DNA from: Mobula hypostoma | Lineage: Eukaryota | DNA length: 64,000 nucleotides | Direction: 5' to 3' | Assembly: GCF_963921235.1 (NCBI RefSeq) | Contig: NC_086108.1 | Span: 81,904,001 to 81,968,000, forward strand | Shown: in pieces, positions 37,983-50,200 of the stretch | Position numbering within the stretch: position 1 is the stretch's first letter | How the letters are laid out: each line of letters begins with the position of its first letter | The notes under the pieces: model-generated | Databases searched by the model: none | Seen by the model: the letters and a program-made list of their open reading frames with translations, nothing else | What the model was told of the DNA's origin: nothing | Position numbers and translations under genes: made by a program

Positions 37983-39669
37983 GTAAGTACTCTATCTTGT
38001 TACTACATTTCATTGACTCCATGTCATTGGATGAGCTCTATCCTCTTACTACATTTGTGGAAATCAGTATTCTCAACCATTGCCTGAACCATATTTGATA
38101 GCACATAACTCTTTGAATCTCTAATGTCTTTTAATTTATAACTCTTATTAGCAAAGGACAGTACTATGTCTTGATGTTAAGAAATGGATTAAGGGACAAG
38201 AGAAGGATCTTCGTTTGGGAAATCAATTAGTAAAATAAATTATTTTGGGAGAGTAGTCTAAGACACAATAAATTTAACTATATTGTTAGGAGTTTTATCT
38301 AGGTTCACAAACAGTACTTGTATGATAGGCCATAGTATAAATCAGGGAATGGTCAAGTTTAGTTGTCGTTCGACATGGTGAATATGGCCAAACGAAACAC
38401 CATTCCTCAGGAGCCAAGGTGCAAAGCCCAGTCGTATAGTCATACACAGTACAAGGCACATATAGCAAATATAAGATAGCAATAAACATACAGTTGCATT
38501 TAGCAAAAAATAGCCCCAGCGTGAGCCTAGTCCACGGCCGTGCAGCTCCCCCACTGTCAGTCTCTCCAATGAACCAGATTTGCAGTATTCTACATTGCCA
38601 ATGTCCAGCAAAGTCTTGCGATCACAAGAAAAACATCCAAGATCATCACTCAGTGTTAGACAGGACACCGCCTTTGTGCACCAACTCTGATGCCTTTCTG
38701 TAGCTGGCAGCAAACAGTCCACACCAAGTCCAGCTGCTCTGCTATCGAGCAACTTGCTGATGGGGCATTTCTGCAGTAGTTGAAGTTCTTAATATCCAGC
38801 AGTGTCTTGCAATCGTAAAAAAGACATTTTAAAAAAGACAGCAACGCTTTTGGTAGTCCCCATGGAGTCCCCGAATGTCCTGCCATCTTACCAAAAATCA
38901 TGTTCAATAAGATGAGATACGCATTTGTTAATCTGTTTTTAAGTTTAAGTATTTTTGGAATATGGTCATCAACAGCAAGTCAGCATTAGTTGCCTTTGTG
39001 AATGTAATCGTAATCCTGTACCTTAAATCCCTATAGTCTCTCTGGTGAACGTACTCCTGCTGTGCTACTTGCTGGGATGTTCTGGAATTTAGACCAGTGA
39101 CATTGCAGGGCATGCAATATATTTCAAGGTCATGGTGTGGTGGGAAGAAGAAGGAACCTACAGTAGTGGTATTCTCGTACACCTCCTGCCCTTATCCTAT
39201 TTCGTGATGGGGGCTGTAGGTTTGTGTGGTGCTGTTATTGGGCAACTGCTGTGCATTTTGCTGATAGTGGAAACTGCAGCCACCGTATAGCAGTGTTGGA
39301 CCAAATAAATGTTTAGAGAGACTGCAAAATCAAGTGATCTAAATTGTCCCAGATTGTGTCAAGTGTCTTCAGTGTTGTTGATGCTACACTTGTGCAGCCA
39401 AAGTTCAAAGCAAATTTATTATCAAAGTACGTAGATGTTACCAAATACCACCCTGAGATTTGTCTTTCTGGCATTCACAGTAAATACAAAGAAACAATAG
39501 AATCAATGAAAAGCCACACACACAACAAGATGGACAAACAGCCAGTGTGCCAGGAGCGGGTATTGAATCATATTCCTGATGTCTGCCTTGTAGATGGCAG
39601 AAAGGCCTAGAGATGTCTTTAGAGGAGTTGCACACCAAAAGACACCATCTCTGGCTCTGTTAATACAAT

Positions 39670-40558
39670 AATCATGGTTACCTTGACATGGAAGTTTTGT
39701 ACTGACTGGCTCCTGGCTCAAGCTACGAAGAACCAACTGTCATCCAACATTGATGACACTCATCTCAATGCTGTCAACAAGTTTTGCTACCTGGGAAGCA
39801 TAATAACATCCTCAGCTTCTCTGGATGTAGAGATTGAGTCAAGAAACAGAAAAGCCTTTTTTGCCTTTGGTCAGCTGAAAGACCGAGTTTGGTCACAGAA
39901 CATCAAGTGCAAGGTATACAGGACCGTTGTCATATCAACCTGTTATATGGATGTGAGACATGGTGCCCATATCAGAGACACTTACGCCAGCTTGACCAAC
40001 TACAACAGCGTCACCTGCGTTCTCTGATGATCACCTGGTGAGACAAGGTCTCCAATACTGAAGTCTTCTCTCGAGCCGGAATGCCAGCAGTTCCAACCTT
40101 GGTGATGTCAGCCCAGCTGTGCTGGGCAGGGCATGTTGTCAGGATACCCGATGGAAGACTGCCCGAGGACATCTTGTACGGCCAACTGTCCAGTGGTACC
40201 CGAAAACAAGGAGGCCAGCAACTACAGTACAAGGATGTTCTGCACAGGAGCCTCAAGAAAGCTGACATTGCCCCATCAACATGGGAGGATCTGGCTCAAG
40301 ATCGCTCACAGTGGAGGGACGCCATCAGAAAAGGTGTGGACGCTGCTCAACGAGGCAACACAGGAAAGGCACAGGAAGCGCCACAACAGAGCTTCTGCCC
40401 CTGCTGTCCCTCCAGGCCTCATCTGCCAAGTATGTGGCAAGCAGTCGCTGTCAAGGATCGTTCTGTACAGCCTCTCCAGGATGCACATATCACACCCCCT
40501 AACTGACTGAAGGAACCATCATGATCCTACGGGATGGATAGCTAGAGAGAGAGAGAGA
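39670..40558 (+). mobile_element. RTE (BovB-like) LINE 3' fragment
   Basis: FCYLGS, WAGHVVRIPDGRLPEDILYGQL and CQVCGK zinc knuckle, with a (GA)n tail. Confidence 0.85.
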
Positions 40559-40802
40559 ACCTACATATAGAAAGACCAACCAAATTATTAGCAGTAATGC
40601 ACAGTACAAATTCATGGAATAAAAGCAGAAAATGCTGGAAACACTCAGCAGTTTTAGTAGAATCTGTTGGGAGGAAAAATCAGGTTAGAGACTATTTAAA
40701 GAAAGTTCTTTAAATGAGAGATTTAGTATTCTGTAATGAAATGGTTGAGTATCTGGTAGATATGGGACTTCTAGGGATCATTATATAATAGTTTTATATA
40801 TA

Positions 40803-42235
40803 TAGTGCCTTGAAAAAGAATTCACTGCTCACAACTGTTTTCACAATTTACTGTCTTATTTGCTTAGTTTCAAATACATCAAAGTAATTTTTTGAGCTAA
40901 TCTACAAAACATTGTGCATCATGTCAAATCAAAAGAAAAATTCCAAAAGCTGTCAACAGCTTACTGAAAATTGAAAACCAATATTGTGAGGCTAAAAAAT
41001 TATTCATCGCCTTTGTAATTACTACACTGACCTACTGCAGGAGAAATATATTACCTTATTTATTGATAATGTTCATCAATATGTGTTGATATTGGAAGAT
41101 CACCTGCTTTCAGTGAATCCATAAGAATAAACGCAACCTCTCTCTGTTAGGTCCAACAGTTTGGTAGTTTTTTAACAGACCAAATCAAAATGAGGACAAA
41201 AGGGCTTTCAAAACAAGTCAGGGAAATAATAACAGAGAAGCAAAAAATTTGGGGGCACAAGACTGTCTCAAAGCTACTGAACATACCTCGGAGCTCATTG
41301 CAGTCCATCGTGAAAAAATGGAAAAATGTGAATCCCGCAGCCACTCTGCCTACGTCGGGCCACCCTTCTCTACTTAGTTGCTGGAGAAGAGAGGCTACTG
41401 TAATGCCAACAGTCACTCTGAGTGAGCTGCAGAAGTCAGTTGCTGCAACTGGAGATGAAGTTCACGGCTCCACAATCTCTAAAACCTTGCACATAAAGGG
41501 TATTTATGAAAGAGTGGCAAGGAAGAAGCCCTGGCTAGGAAAAAAAAGCATATCCTTGCTCCTAAAGACATTGCAAAGCATCACTTAGAAGGTACTATAA
41601 AGATGTGGAAGAAGGTCTTGTGGTCGGATGAAATTGAAGTGAAACTTTTTGACTTCAACTCTAAGTCGTACATAAATCTAATACTGCTCATCCGCCAGGT
41701 AATGCCATTCTTGCTATCAAGTGTGGTGGAGGTAGCATCATGCTATGGGGATGCTTTTCAGCAGCAGGAAAGATTAATGTTGCTAAATATAGAGAGATCC
41801 TGGATAAAAACCTGCTAGCCTCTGCCAGAAAGCTTAAACCAGGAAGGAAGGTTTTCTTTCATCAGGGCGGTGACCCAAAGCACACTGCCAGGGCAGCCAT
41901 GGAGTGGCTTTAGATGAAGAAATTTGATGTATTTGAGTGGGCCAGCCAGAGTCCTGACTTTAACCCACTCGAACATAACTGGCAAGACCTCAAGATTTCT
42001 GTCCACTGTCACTCCCCAACTAATCTGGCACAGCTTGAGCAAGTTTGCAAGTGGGCAAATCTTGCTCCGTCACATTGTGCAAAGCTAATAGCGACTTATC
42101 CAGAAAAACTGCTGGTTGTAATAGTTGCGAGAGGTGGTTCAACTAAGTACTGAGCAAATACTTCTGAAGTGCTGACATTTCAGGTTTGAATTTTTAGTTT
42201 TTCATGCTTTACAATTTTCTTTATTTTTTGTTGAG
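40803..42235 (+). mobile_element. Tc1 transposon with decayed transposase, right end truncated
   Basis: ORF fragments MRTKGLSKQVRE.., WKKVLWSDE, EWASQSPDFNPLEH and RGGSTKY*. A TIR-like start follows TA at 40801. Confidence 0.88.
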
Positions 42236-43027
42236 TGATGTCACAACAATAACTTTGAACTCAACTTTAGTAAAACCAAAGAATTTATTGTGGACTTCAG
42301 AAAGGATAAGATGAGGGAACACAAGCCAGTCTTCGTAGAGGGATCAGAAGTGGAAAGGGTGAGCAATTTCAAGTTCCTGGGTATAATCATCTCTGACGAT
42401 CTATCCTGGGCCCAACTTATCGAGGCAGTTACCAAGAAGGCATGACAGTGGCTATATTTCATGAGGAATTTGAGGAGCTTTCATATGTCACCAAAGACAC
42501 TTGCAGATTTCTGTAGTGGAGAGTATTCTAACTAGCTGCATCGCCATCTGGTATTGGGGTTGGAGGGTGGGGAGGCACTGCACAGGATCGAAATAAGCTG
42601 CACAAAGTTGTTCACTCAGTCAGCTGCATCATGGCCATTAGCCTCCCTATCATCCAGGACATCTTCAAGGAGCAATGTCTCAAAAAGGTGGTATCCATCA
42701 TTAAGGACATCCAGCACTCAGTATATCCCGTCTTCTTGTTGCTACCACCAGGAAGGAGGTACAGGAGCCTGTAGGCACACACTCAGCAATTCAGGAATAA
42801 CTTCTTACCCTCTGCTGTCAGATTTTTGAATGGACATTGAATCCATGAACACTACCTCACTACTTTTTTTTTTGTTTTCAATATGTATTTAATTTAACTT
42901 TTTTTAATGTATGTACTTATCACTGTAATTTATAGTTTTTATTATACTGTATTGCATCGTACTGCTGCCGCATAACAGCAAATTTCACGACATATGCCAG
43001 TAATATTAAATCTAATTTTGATTCTGA
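42236..43027 (+). mobile_element. Rex1/Babar-like LINE 3' fragment
   Basis: HNNNFELNFSKTKEFIVDFRK and VSNFKFLG motifs, with a (gattct)-type tail. Confidence 0.7.
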
Positions 43028-44207
43028 TAGCAGTAAGCTTGACATCTTTGGTTTCGAAAATGCTGGAATATATTATCAAGGAAATGTTAACGTGACATTT
43101 AGAAACCAGTAAGTGGATTGGACACTTTATTGGTGAAAAACCTGTAAGAATTACTCATGAAATTGTTATTCCATTATATGGACAAACCAGCCCATGTGTG
43201 TTGGTCTTTCAGAAGGCATTTCTTAGCCACATAGGGATTAAAGAAAATTGGTTTGGAAGTTTTTTATGAGCAATATACTGGGTGGGTTAAATGTCAGCTA
43301 ATGGTCAGTAAAATGTAGAATGAGCAAGTGATAAACAAGAGATTCTGCAGATGCTGGAAATCCAGAGACACGCACATAAAATGCTGGAGGAACTCAGCAG
43401 ATCAGGCAGGGTCTTGGCCCAAAATATCAACTGTTTATTCCTATCCATAGTTGCTTCTTGACCTATTGAGTTCATCCAGCATTTTTTGTCTGTTACTAGG
43501 GATAAGCATGTTATTTTTAGCTGGATGCTGTGACTGGTGAGGTGCTGCAGTTTCCCAGCTATTTATAATAAAATGTATGTCTTTGATTGTAATGAGGTTA
43601 GATGGTGTTAAAGTGTACTTTTTCCAAGTTTGCATTGCCATCCTTTGTATTATTAGTATAGAGTACAAAGCGTTTCATTGACAAATTAAAGTGAAAAGAC
43701 ACTGTAGATGTCCTTTGGTAGCAAAAATATGTTGATTTGTTTTCTTTTACGGTGAGACTTGAAAGAGGAACCCAGTTTGTTAACATGCAGGGAAAGAGAG
43801 TAATTAGGAATACCAGAAGCATGCTGCCCTTCATTTGAAAAGAATGAAAATACAAGATGTATCTGGGTCAAATAACACAGGACCTGGTGAAATTGCAATA
43901 GAAGTATTATGTACTGGTCCAGTCTTCCTACCTAAAGAGGAAAATAGTTGAGATTTAGAGAATTCAGCAAAGGTTTGCCAATTGATTCTGGTATGCCATG
44001 TTGTAGAGTAAGTAGAAGAATGTGAGGTGACCTTTTTGAACAGTACACAGTTCTCTTGGAACATGCAGGATAGCTGTTAGATGGGATTCTCTTGGCTAAT
44101 GTGTCTGGAATAAGGGATTACAAACCCGAAACTGAATATTAAACTATTCAGGAATGTGAAGAGGTTTCTTCAGCTAGAGCAGGTAATCCCAACCTATAGT
44201 TCCCCAA

Positions 44208-44765
44208 ACAAAAGGAATTCTGCAGATGCTGGAAATTCAAGCAACATACATCAAAGTTGCTGGTGAATGCAGCAGGCCAAGCAGCATCTATAGGAAGAGG
44301 CGCAGTCGACGTTTCAGGCCGAGACCCTTCGTCAGGACTAACTGAAGGAAGAGCGAGTAAGGGATTTGAAAGTTGGAAGGGGAGGGGGAGATCCAAAATG
44401 ATAGGAGAAGACAGGAGGGGGAGGAATAGAGCCAAGAGCTGGACAGGTGATAGGCAAAAGGGATACGAGAGGATCATGGGACAGGAGGTCCGGGAAGAAA
44501 GACGGGGGGGGGGTGACCCAGAGGATGGGCAAGAGGTATATTCAGAGGGACAGAGGGAGAAAAAGGAGAGTGAGAGAAAGAATGTGTGCATAAAAATGAG
44601 TAACAGATGGGGTACGAGGGGGAGGTGGGGCCTAGCGGAAGTTAGAGAAGTCAATGTTCATGCCATCAGGTTGGAGGCTACCCAGACAGAATATAAGGTG
44701 TTGTTCCTCCAACCTGAGTGTGGCTTCATCTTTACAGTAGAGGAGGCCGTGGATAGACACGTCAG
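44208..44765 (-). mobile_element. Penelope-like element 3' end (GIY-YIG tail plus pLTR)
   Basis: Reverse complement of the 9884-10330 copy. 10-bp TSD AGTTCCCCAA at 44198-207 and 44766-75. Confidence 0.9.
44304..44339 (-). ncRNA. Minimal type I hammerhead ribozyme motif (PLE)
   Basis: Minus strand reads agtc-CTGACGA-agggtctcggcct-GAAA-cg-TC-gact. Confidence 0.8.
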
Positions 44766-45211
44766 AGTTCCCCAAGTCAGGAGCCCTTGAGATAGTTAAT
44801 GAATCTTTGGAACTCTGCAGCTAAAGAAAGCTCTGAAGGCTCAATCACTAAATATGTTCACAACACATTTTGATAGGTTTTTGGTATTAATGGAATCCAG
44901 GGATATTAAGTTAATGCAGTTCAGTGGCGCTAAGATCTTATTGAACGATGGAGTAGAATAAGTTGCTCCTTGTGTTTCTTGTGTTTTTAAACACTTTTCC
45001 AAACCTTTCAGAGTTGCTGTTCACAAAATCCAGAATTTAAGTAAAGATCAGAGTGACAAGCTCTTCAATACTGACCTCATGTCTGATAAGTTACTGAAAT
45101 TTTTAACTGGCTTGCTTCCGGAGTATCTTGAAATATTGAAGAAATTGAAGACTTACTCTTATACCAGGAGACTGATAAAGATTGTACCTTTTTTTTCCTC
45201 CTTTGGGTTAG

Positions 45212-45298
45212 ATGTCGGAACATTATTGGGCCCCGCAAAGCAACATATCAAATGAAACCTCAACAGCAAAGACCTTTCAGCGCACAATTTCAGCACAG
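45212..45298 (+). CDS. USP24: USP24 coding exon (MSEHYWAPQSNISNETSTAKTFQRTISAQ)
   Basis: ttag| acceptor, |gtatgt donor, 87 nt. SNETST.KTFQRTISAQ motif. Confidence 0.95.
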
Positions 45299-45942
45299 GT
45301 ATGTCAGCTTCCTCATTTACTTGCTCCGTCACATTGCGCATTCAGACAGAGACGTAATGTAAAGATTTTTACTGGTGTATGTGAAGGATGTAAGAAATAA
45401 AATCAATTCAGTTCTTTATTGTAACAATGGCAGGCAAAGAAAGAGTGGCAGTTTATTTGGCTTTTCTGTACAATCAAAATGAAAATTGATGGTTCTTTTA
45501 GTGTCCCTTTATTCCTTTGACATTGCTTTAGAAGCATGAGATGGGGTATAGGGGGAATATGGAATATCACTAATCAAAATAAAATTGAATTATTTATATA
45601 TGTTCTATATCTATATCTATATCTTCTATATTCTATATCTACCTTGGTTTTGTATTTAGTCGTTAGTGCTATCTGATCTGCAGATTTTGAGTATTTCCAG
45701 GATTTTTCGATTTCCAGCAACTGATACGCTCTGCATCTCATAGTTCTGGCAAGTTGATTTTCTTACTTTCTATCATTCTCCTTTGTTCACTTCACTAGAT
45801 AACTCAGCATTAACTCTCCTCTTTAGGCAGCGCTGAGAGCAGTAATTTCACCTAGATAACATTGATCTCTGCTATCAAAAACATTCACTTTTGTTACTTC
45901 ACCCTCTGCAACTTAAGATAGATTTGTCTTCCTCACTTTACC

Positions 45943-45982
45943 AGTTCTGATGAAAGGTCATCATTGACCTGAAACATTAACT
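45943..45982 (+). ncRNA. Hammerhead motif of an older PLE family
   Basis: agtt-CTGATGA-a-aggtca/tcat/tgacct-GAAA-ca-TT-aact. Stems I and II differ in sequence from the other copies but still pair. Confidence 0.65.
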
Positions 45983-46977
45983 TGTTTCTTTCTCCATTGG
46001 TGCTGCCTGATCAGATGAGTATCTCCATTATTTTCTATTTTTGTTTTTATGAATAGTGCCATGATTTAGTAATGTTGCATTCCCTTAGCTCTGTACTACA
46101 ATTTCAGGTGCTGGAACAGAATAATAATTCTTAGAATTAACTCTACTTCCAAGCAAAGCTGTCCCTTTACCCCCTTTTGCACTGTTCTGAGCTTGCTCTC
46201 TTTCCATCTGCTGTGGGTTCAAAACAACTGGAATTAAGCTGTAGGGAATGGTCCAGAATGACTTTTTCTCTCTTTGCTTTCCATGATTTCTACGAATGAA
46301 AGTAGGGCAGGAACTCAATTCCAGGCTCCCTCATCCATTGTTGCTCTGTATCTCATAGGTCTGAGCACAGGAAGCACTTTGTGGGGCTTGATATGTCCAA
46401 TTGGGCTCTCAGTTTGAAGATGACATAAAGATTAGAGGAGTTGAGAAGAGTGAAGAAGGTTGTCAAAGGATACAGCAGACAATAGATTAGTTATAGATAT
46501 GGACAGAGAAATGGTACATGGAGTTTAATCTGGACAAGTGTGAGTTGTTGCACTTTGGGATGTCAAGTTTAAGGTGTAACTATACAGTTGGTTACAGGAC
46601 CTTTAACAATATTAGTGTATAGAGGGATCTTGCAGTCTAAGTCCCTGGTTCTCTGAGAGTGGCCACACAAGTAGGCAAAATGTTTAAAGTGGTGTATTGC
46701 ATGCTTGCATTGATTGAATATGAGCGTTAGGAAGTCATATTGCAGCTATATACAACTTGGGTTAAGTCACACTTGGAGTATTGCGTGCAATTCTGGTCAC
46801 CCAATTAAAGGAAGATATGAAAGCTTTGGAAAACTACAGAAGAGGTTCACCAGTTTGCTGCCTAGATTAAAGCTATCAGCAGAGGTTGGATGATCTTGGT
46901 TTATTTTCTTGAGAGTGTTGGCGGCTGAGTGGAGGCCTTGTACAAGTTTATAAAATGAGGAAGGACCATAGATGGAC

Positions 46978-47012
46978 AGTCCTGAAGAAGATCTCGGCCA
47001 GAAATGTCGACT
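46978..47012 (+). ncRNA. Degenerate hammerhead motif (PLE pLTR)
   Basis: agtc-CTGAAGA-agatctcggcca-GAAA-tg-TC-gact. Stem II is disrupted. Confidence 0.45.
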
Positions 47013-47266
47013 GTTGATTCATTTCCCTAGATACTGCTTGACCTGCTAAGTTCCTCCAGTATTTTATATTTGTTGCCTTAAACAGTCAAAATCTATTTTT
47101 TGCCAAAGTAGAATTGACAAGAACGAAAGACATTCATTCTAAATGGGGGGAGATGTCAAAGGGAGATGGGTGGGCAGTTTATTTTTAACGCAGTTTGTAG
47201 GTGCCTGAAACAGGCTGCCAGCGGTAGTGGTGGAAGCAGATACGAAAGTGGCATTTAAGCTGGTCA

Positions 47267-50200
47267 TGTAGCGGTGCGCTACACACAGCGCTAGAATAAC
47301 CACACGGAGTCAGTGAGTTGGAGTTGCGATAAAGAGATTTATTCAAACTTCGCGGCCTGTTTTAAAGCCTTCCCGTTTCCGCCCTCCCTGGGCGGGACTG
47401 CTGTGGGGAATGCATATTCCCAGACCCTTTCCGCGCGCGGGATTTTCTCCCTGCTGGTGAAGATGGCCTGGCGCCCTTTTTGGGGCCGGCCCTCAGCCTG
47501 CGCACGCTGTTGTGAGCTGGTTCGTCGGTGCCAGAAAGTGGGTTGCCACATAACCCCCCCCCCCAGAACCGGCGATACCTCCCCCAATGTCCACAGTCTG
47601 GATCGGCCTCTGTTTGGGAGGTCTGCCCCTGCGCCGCAGTGCCTGAGCCTGGACCGGCTGCGCCAAGTCCACATGGGCCGATTTGAGTCGGTCCACTGTG
47701 AAAACCTCCTCTCTCCCCCCAATGACCAGCACGAACGTGGATCCGTTGTTCCTGATCACCTTAAACGGCCCCTCGTAGGGCCGCTGTAGCGGTGCCTGGT
47801 GTCCGCCCCGTCGTACAAAAAGAAACTTACACTTCTGCAGGTCTTTGGGTACGCAGGTCGGGCTCTGTCCGTGCTGTGAAGTGGGGATGGGGGCCAGGTT
47901 ACCGAGCCTCTCCCGTAGTCTGTCCAGGACTGCTGTGGGTTCTTCCTCTTGCCCCCTTGGGGCTGGTATGAACTCTCCTGGGACTACCAGGGGTGCGCCG
48001 TACACCAACTCGGCCGACGAGGTGTGCAGATCCTCTTTGGGCGCCGTGCGGATTCCGAGCAGGACCCAGGGAAGCTCGTCCACCCAGTTAGGCCCCTCCA
48101 GGCGGGCCATGAGAGCCAACTTCAGGTGACGGTGGAAACGCTCCACTAGTCCGTTCGACTGTGGGTGGTAGGCAGTTGTGTGGTGTAGCTGCAATCCTAA
48201 AAGTCTGGCCATAGCCGACCACAGGCTGGAGGTGAACTGGGCGCCCCTGTCGGAGGTAATGTGGGCTGGTACCCCGAAGCGGGCTACCCAGGTTGCGATC
48301 AGTGCTCGGGCACAGGATTCAGAGGTGGTGTCAGTGAGCGGGACTGCCTCTGGCCATCTGGTGAACCGGTCTACGATAGTTAGGAGGTACCGCGCTCCTC
48401 GCGACACTGGCAGGGGCCCCATGATATCCACATGAATGTGGTCGAACCTCCGGCGGGTGGGTTCGAACTGCTGCGGCGGAGCCTTGGTGTGCCACTGCAC
48501 CTTGGCCGTTTGGCACTGCATGCACGTTTTGGCCCATTCACTGACCTGTTTACGCAGCCCATGCCACACAAATCTGTTGGAGACCAGCCGGACGGTTGTC
48601 CTGATGGAGGGGTGCGCTAAGTTGTGAATGGATTCGAAAACCCGCCGGCGCCAGGCTGCTGGGACGACGGGGCGGGGTTGTCCGGTAGCTACGTCACATG
48701 GTAGGGTCCTCTCACCTGGGCCTATGGGGAGGTCTTGGAGCTGCAAACCGGAGACTGCAGTCCTGTAACTGGGGATCTCAGCGTCTGCCTGCTGTGCCTC
48801 TGCCAGCGCTGCATAGTCCACCCCCTGGGACAGGGCCTGTGTGGTAGGTCTGGATAGTGCGTCCTCCACGACGTTGTCCTTTCCCGAGACATGCCGGATG
48901 TCCGTCGTGTACTCGGAGATGTAGGACAGATGTCGCTGCTGGCGGGACGACCAGGGGTCGGACACCTTCATGAACGCAAAGGTAAGTGGTTTGTGGTCTG
49001 TGAACGCGGTGAAGGGCCAACCTTCTAAGAAGTACCTGAAATGCCAGATTGCCAGGAATAGTGCCAATAGCTCCCGGTCGAAAGCACTGTATTTGAGTTC
49101 AGGTGGTCGTAGGTGTTTGCTGAAGAATGCCAGGGGTTGCCAGCGACCCTCGATGAGTTGTTCCAGCACTCCACCGACTGCTGTGTTGGATGCGTCCACT
49201 GTGAGGGCAGTAGGAACGTCCGTTCTGGGATGCACTAGCATCGCGGCGTTTGCCAAGGCTTCTTTGGTTTTAACGAAAGCGGTTGCGGCCTCTTCGTCCC
49301 AGGTAATGTCCTTGCCCTTACCTGACATTAGAGTGAAGAGGGGGGTGCATGGTTCGGGCTGCTGAGGGGAGGAAATGGTGGTAGAAATTCACTATACCCA
49401 CAAACTCCTGCAGGCCTTTGATTGTGTTGGGTCGGGGGAAGTTGCGGACCGCGTCTACCTTGGCGGGCAGCGGGGTTGCCCCGTCTTTAGTAATCCTGTG
49501 GCCCAGGAAGTCGATGGTATCGAGTCCGAACTGGCATTTGGCTGGGTTGATTGTAAGGCCGAATTCGCTCAGGCGGGAGTGGAGCTGGCGGAGGTGGGAC
49601 AGATGCTCCTGCCGACTACTGCTGGCTATAAGGATGTCGTCCAAATAGATGAATGCAAAGTCCAGGTCGCGTCCCACCGCGTCCATTAGCCACTGGAAAG
49701 TGTGTGTGGCATTCTTTAGATCAAACGGCATTCGGAGGAATTCGAAAAGTCCGAACGGGGTGATAAGTGCTGTTTTGGGGATGTCGTCTGGATGTACCAG
49801 GATTTAATGGTATCCCCGGACGAGGTCTACCTTGGAAAAGATCCTTGCGCCGTGTAGGTTTGCTGCAAAGTCTTGAATGTGCAGCACAGGGTAGTGGTCT
49901 GGCGTTGTAGCCTCGTTCAGCCTGCGGTAGTCACCGCATGGTCTCCAGTACCCCCCCCCCCAAGTTGCCTTGGGCACCATGTGCAGGGGGGAGGCCCATG
50001 GGCTGTCGGACCGTCGTATGATCCCCAATTCCTCCATCTTCTTGAACTCCTCCTTCGCCAGTCGGAACTTGTCCAGGGGAAGCCTTGGAGCACGGGCGTG
50101 GAGGGGTGGTCCCTGGGTCGGGATGTGGTGCTGTACTCCATGTCTGGGCATGGCTGCCATGAACTGCGGTGTCAGTACTGATGGGAAATCCGCCAGGACC

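Noticed and set aside
38340..38925. Element with an internal imperfect duplication (D.KTLLDI twice)
   Set aside because: It is probably a decayed non-autonomous LINE derivative. I could not fix its boundaries or family well enough to call it.
44257..44790. Recurrent ORFs such as MLVNAAGQAAS.. (also 3219-3554 and 9944-10282)
   Set aside because: These are antisense or alternative frames of the low-complexity PLE pseudo-LTR, repeated because the element is repeated. They are not host genes.
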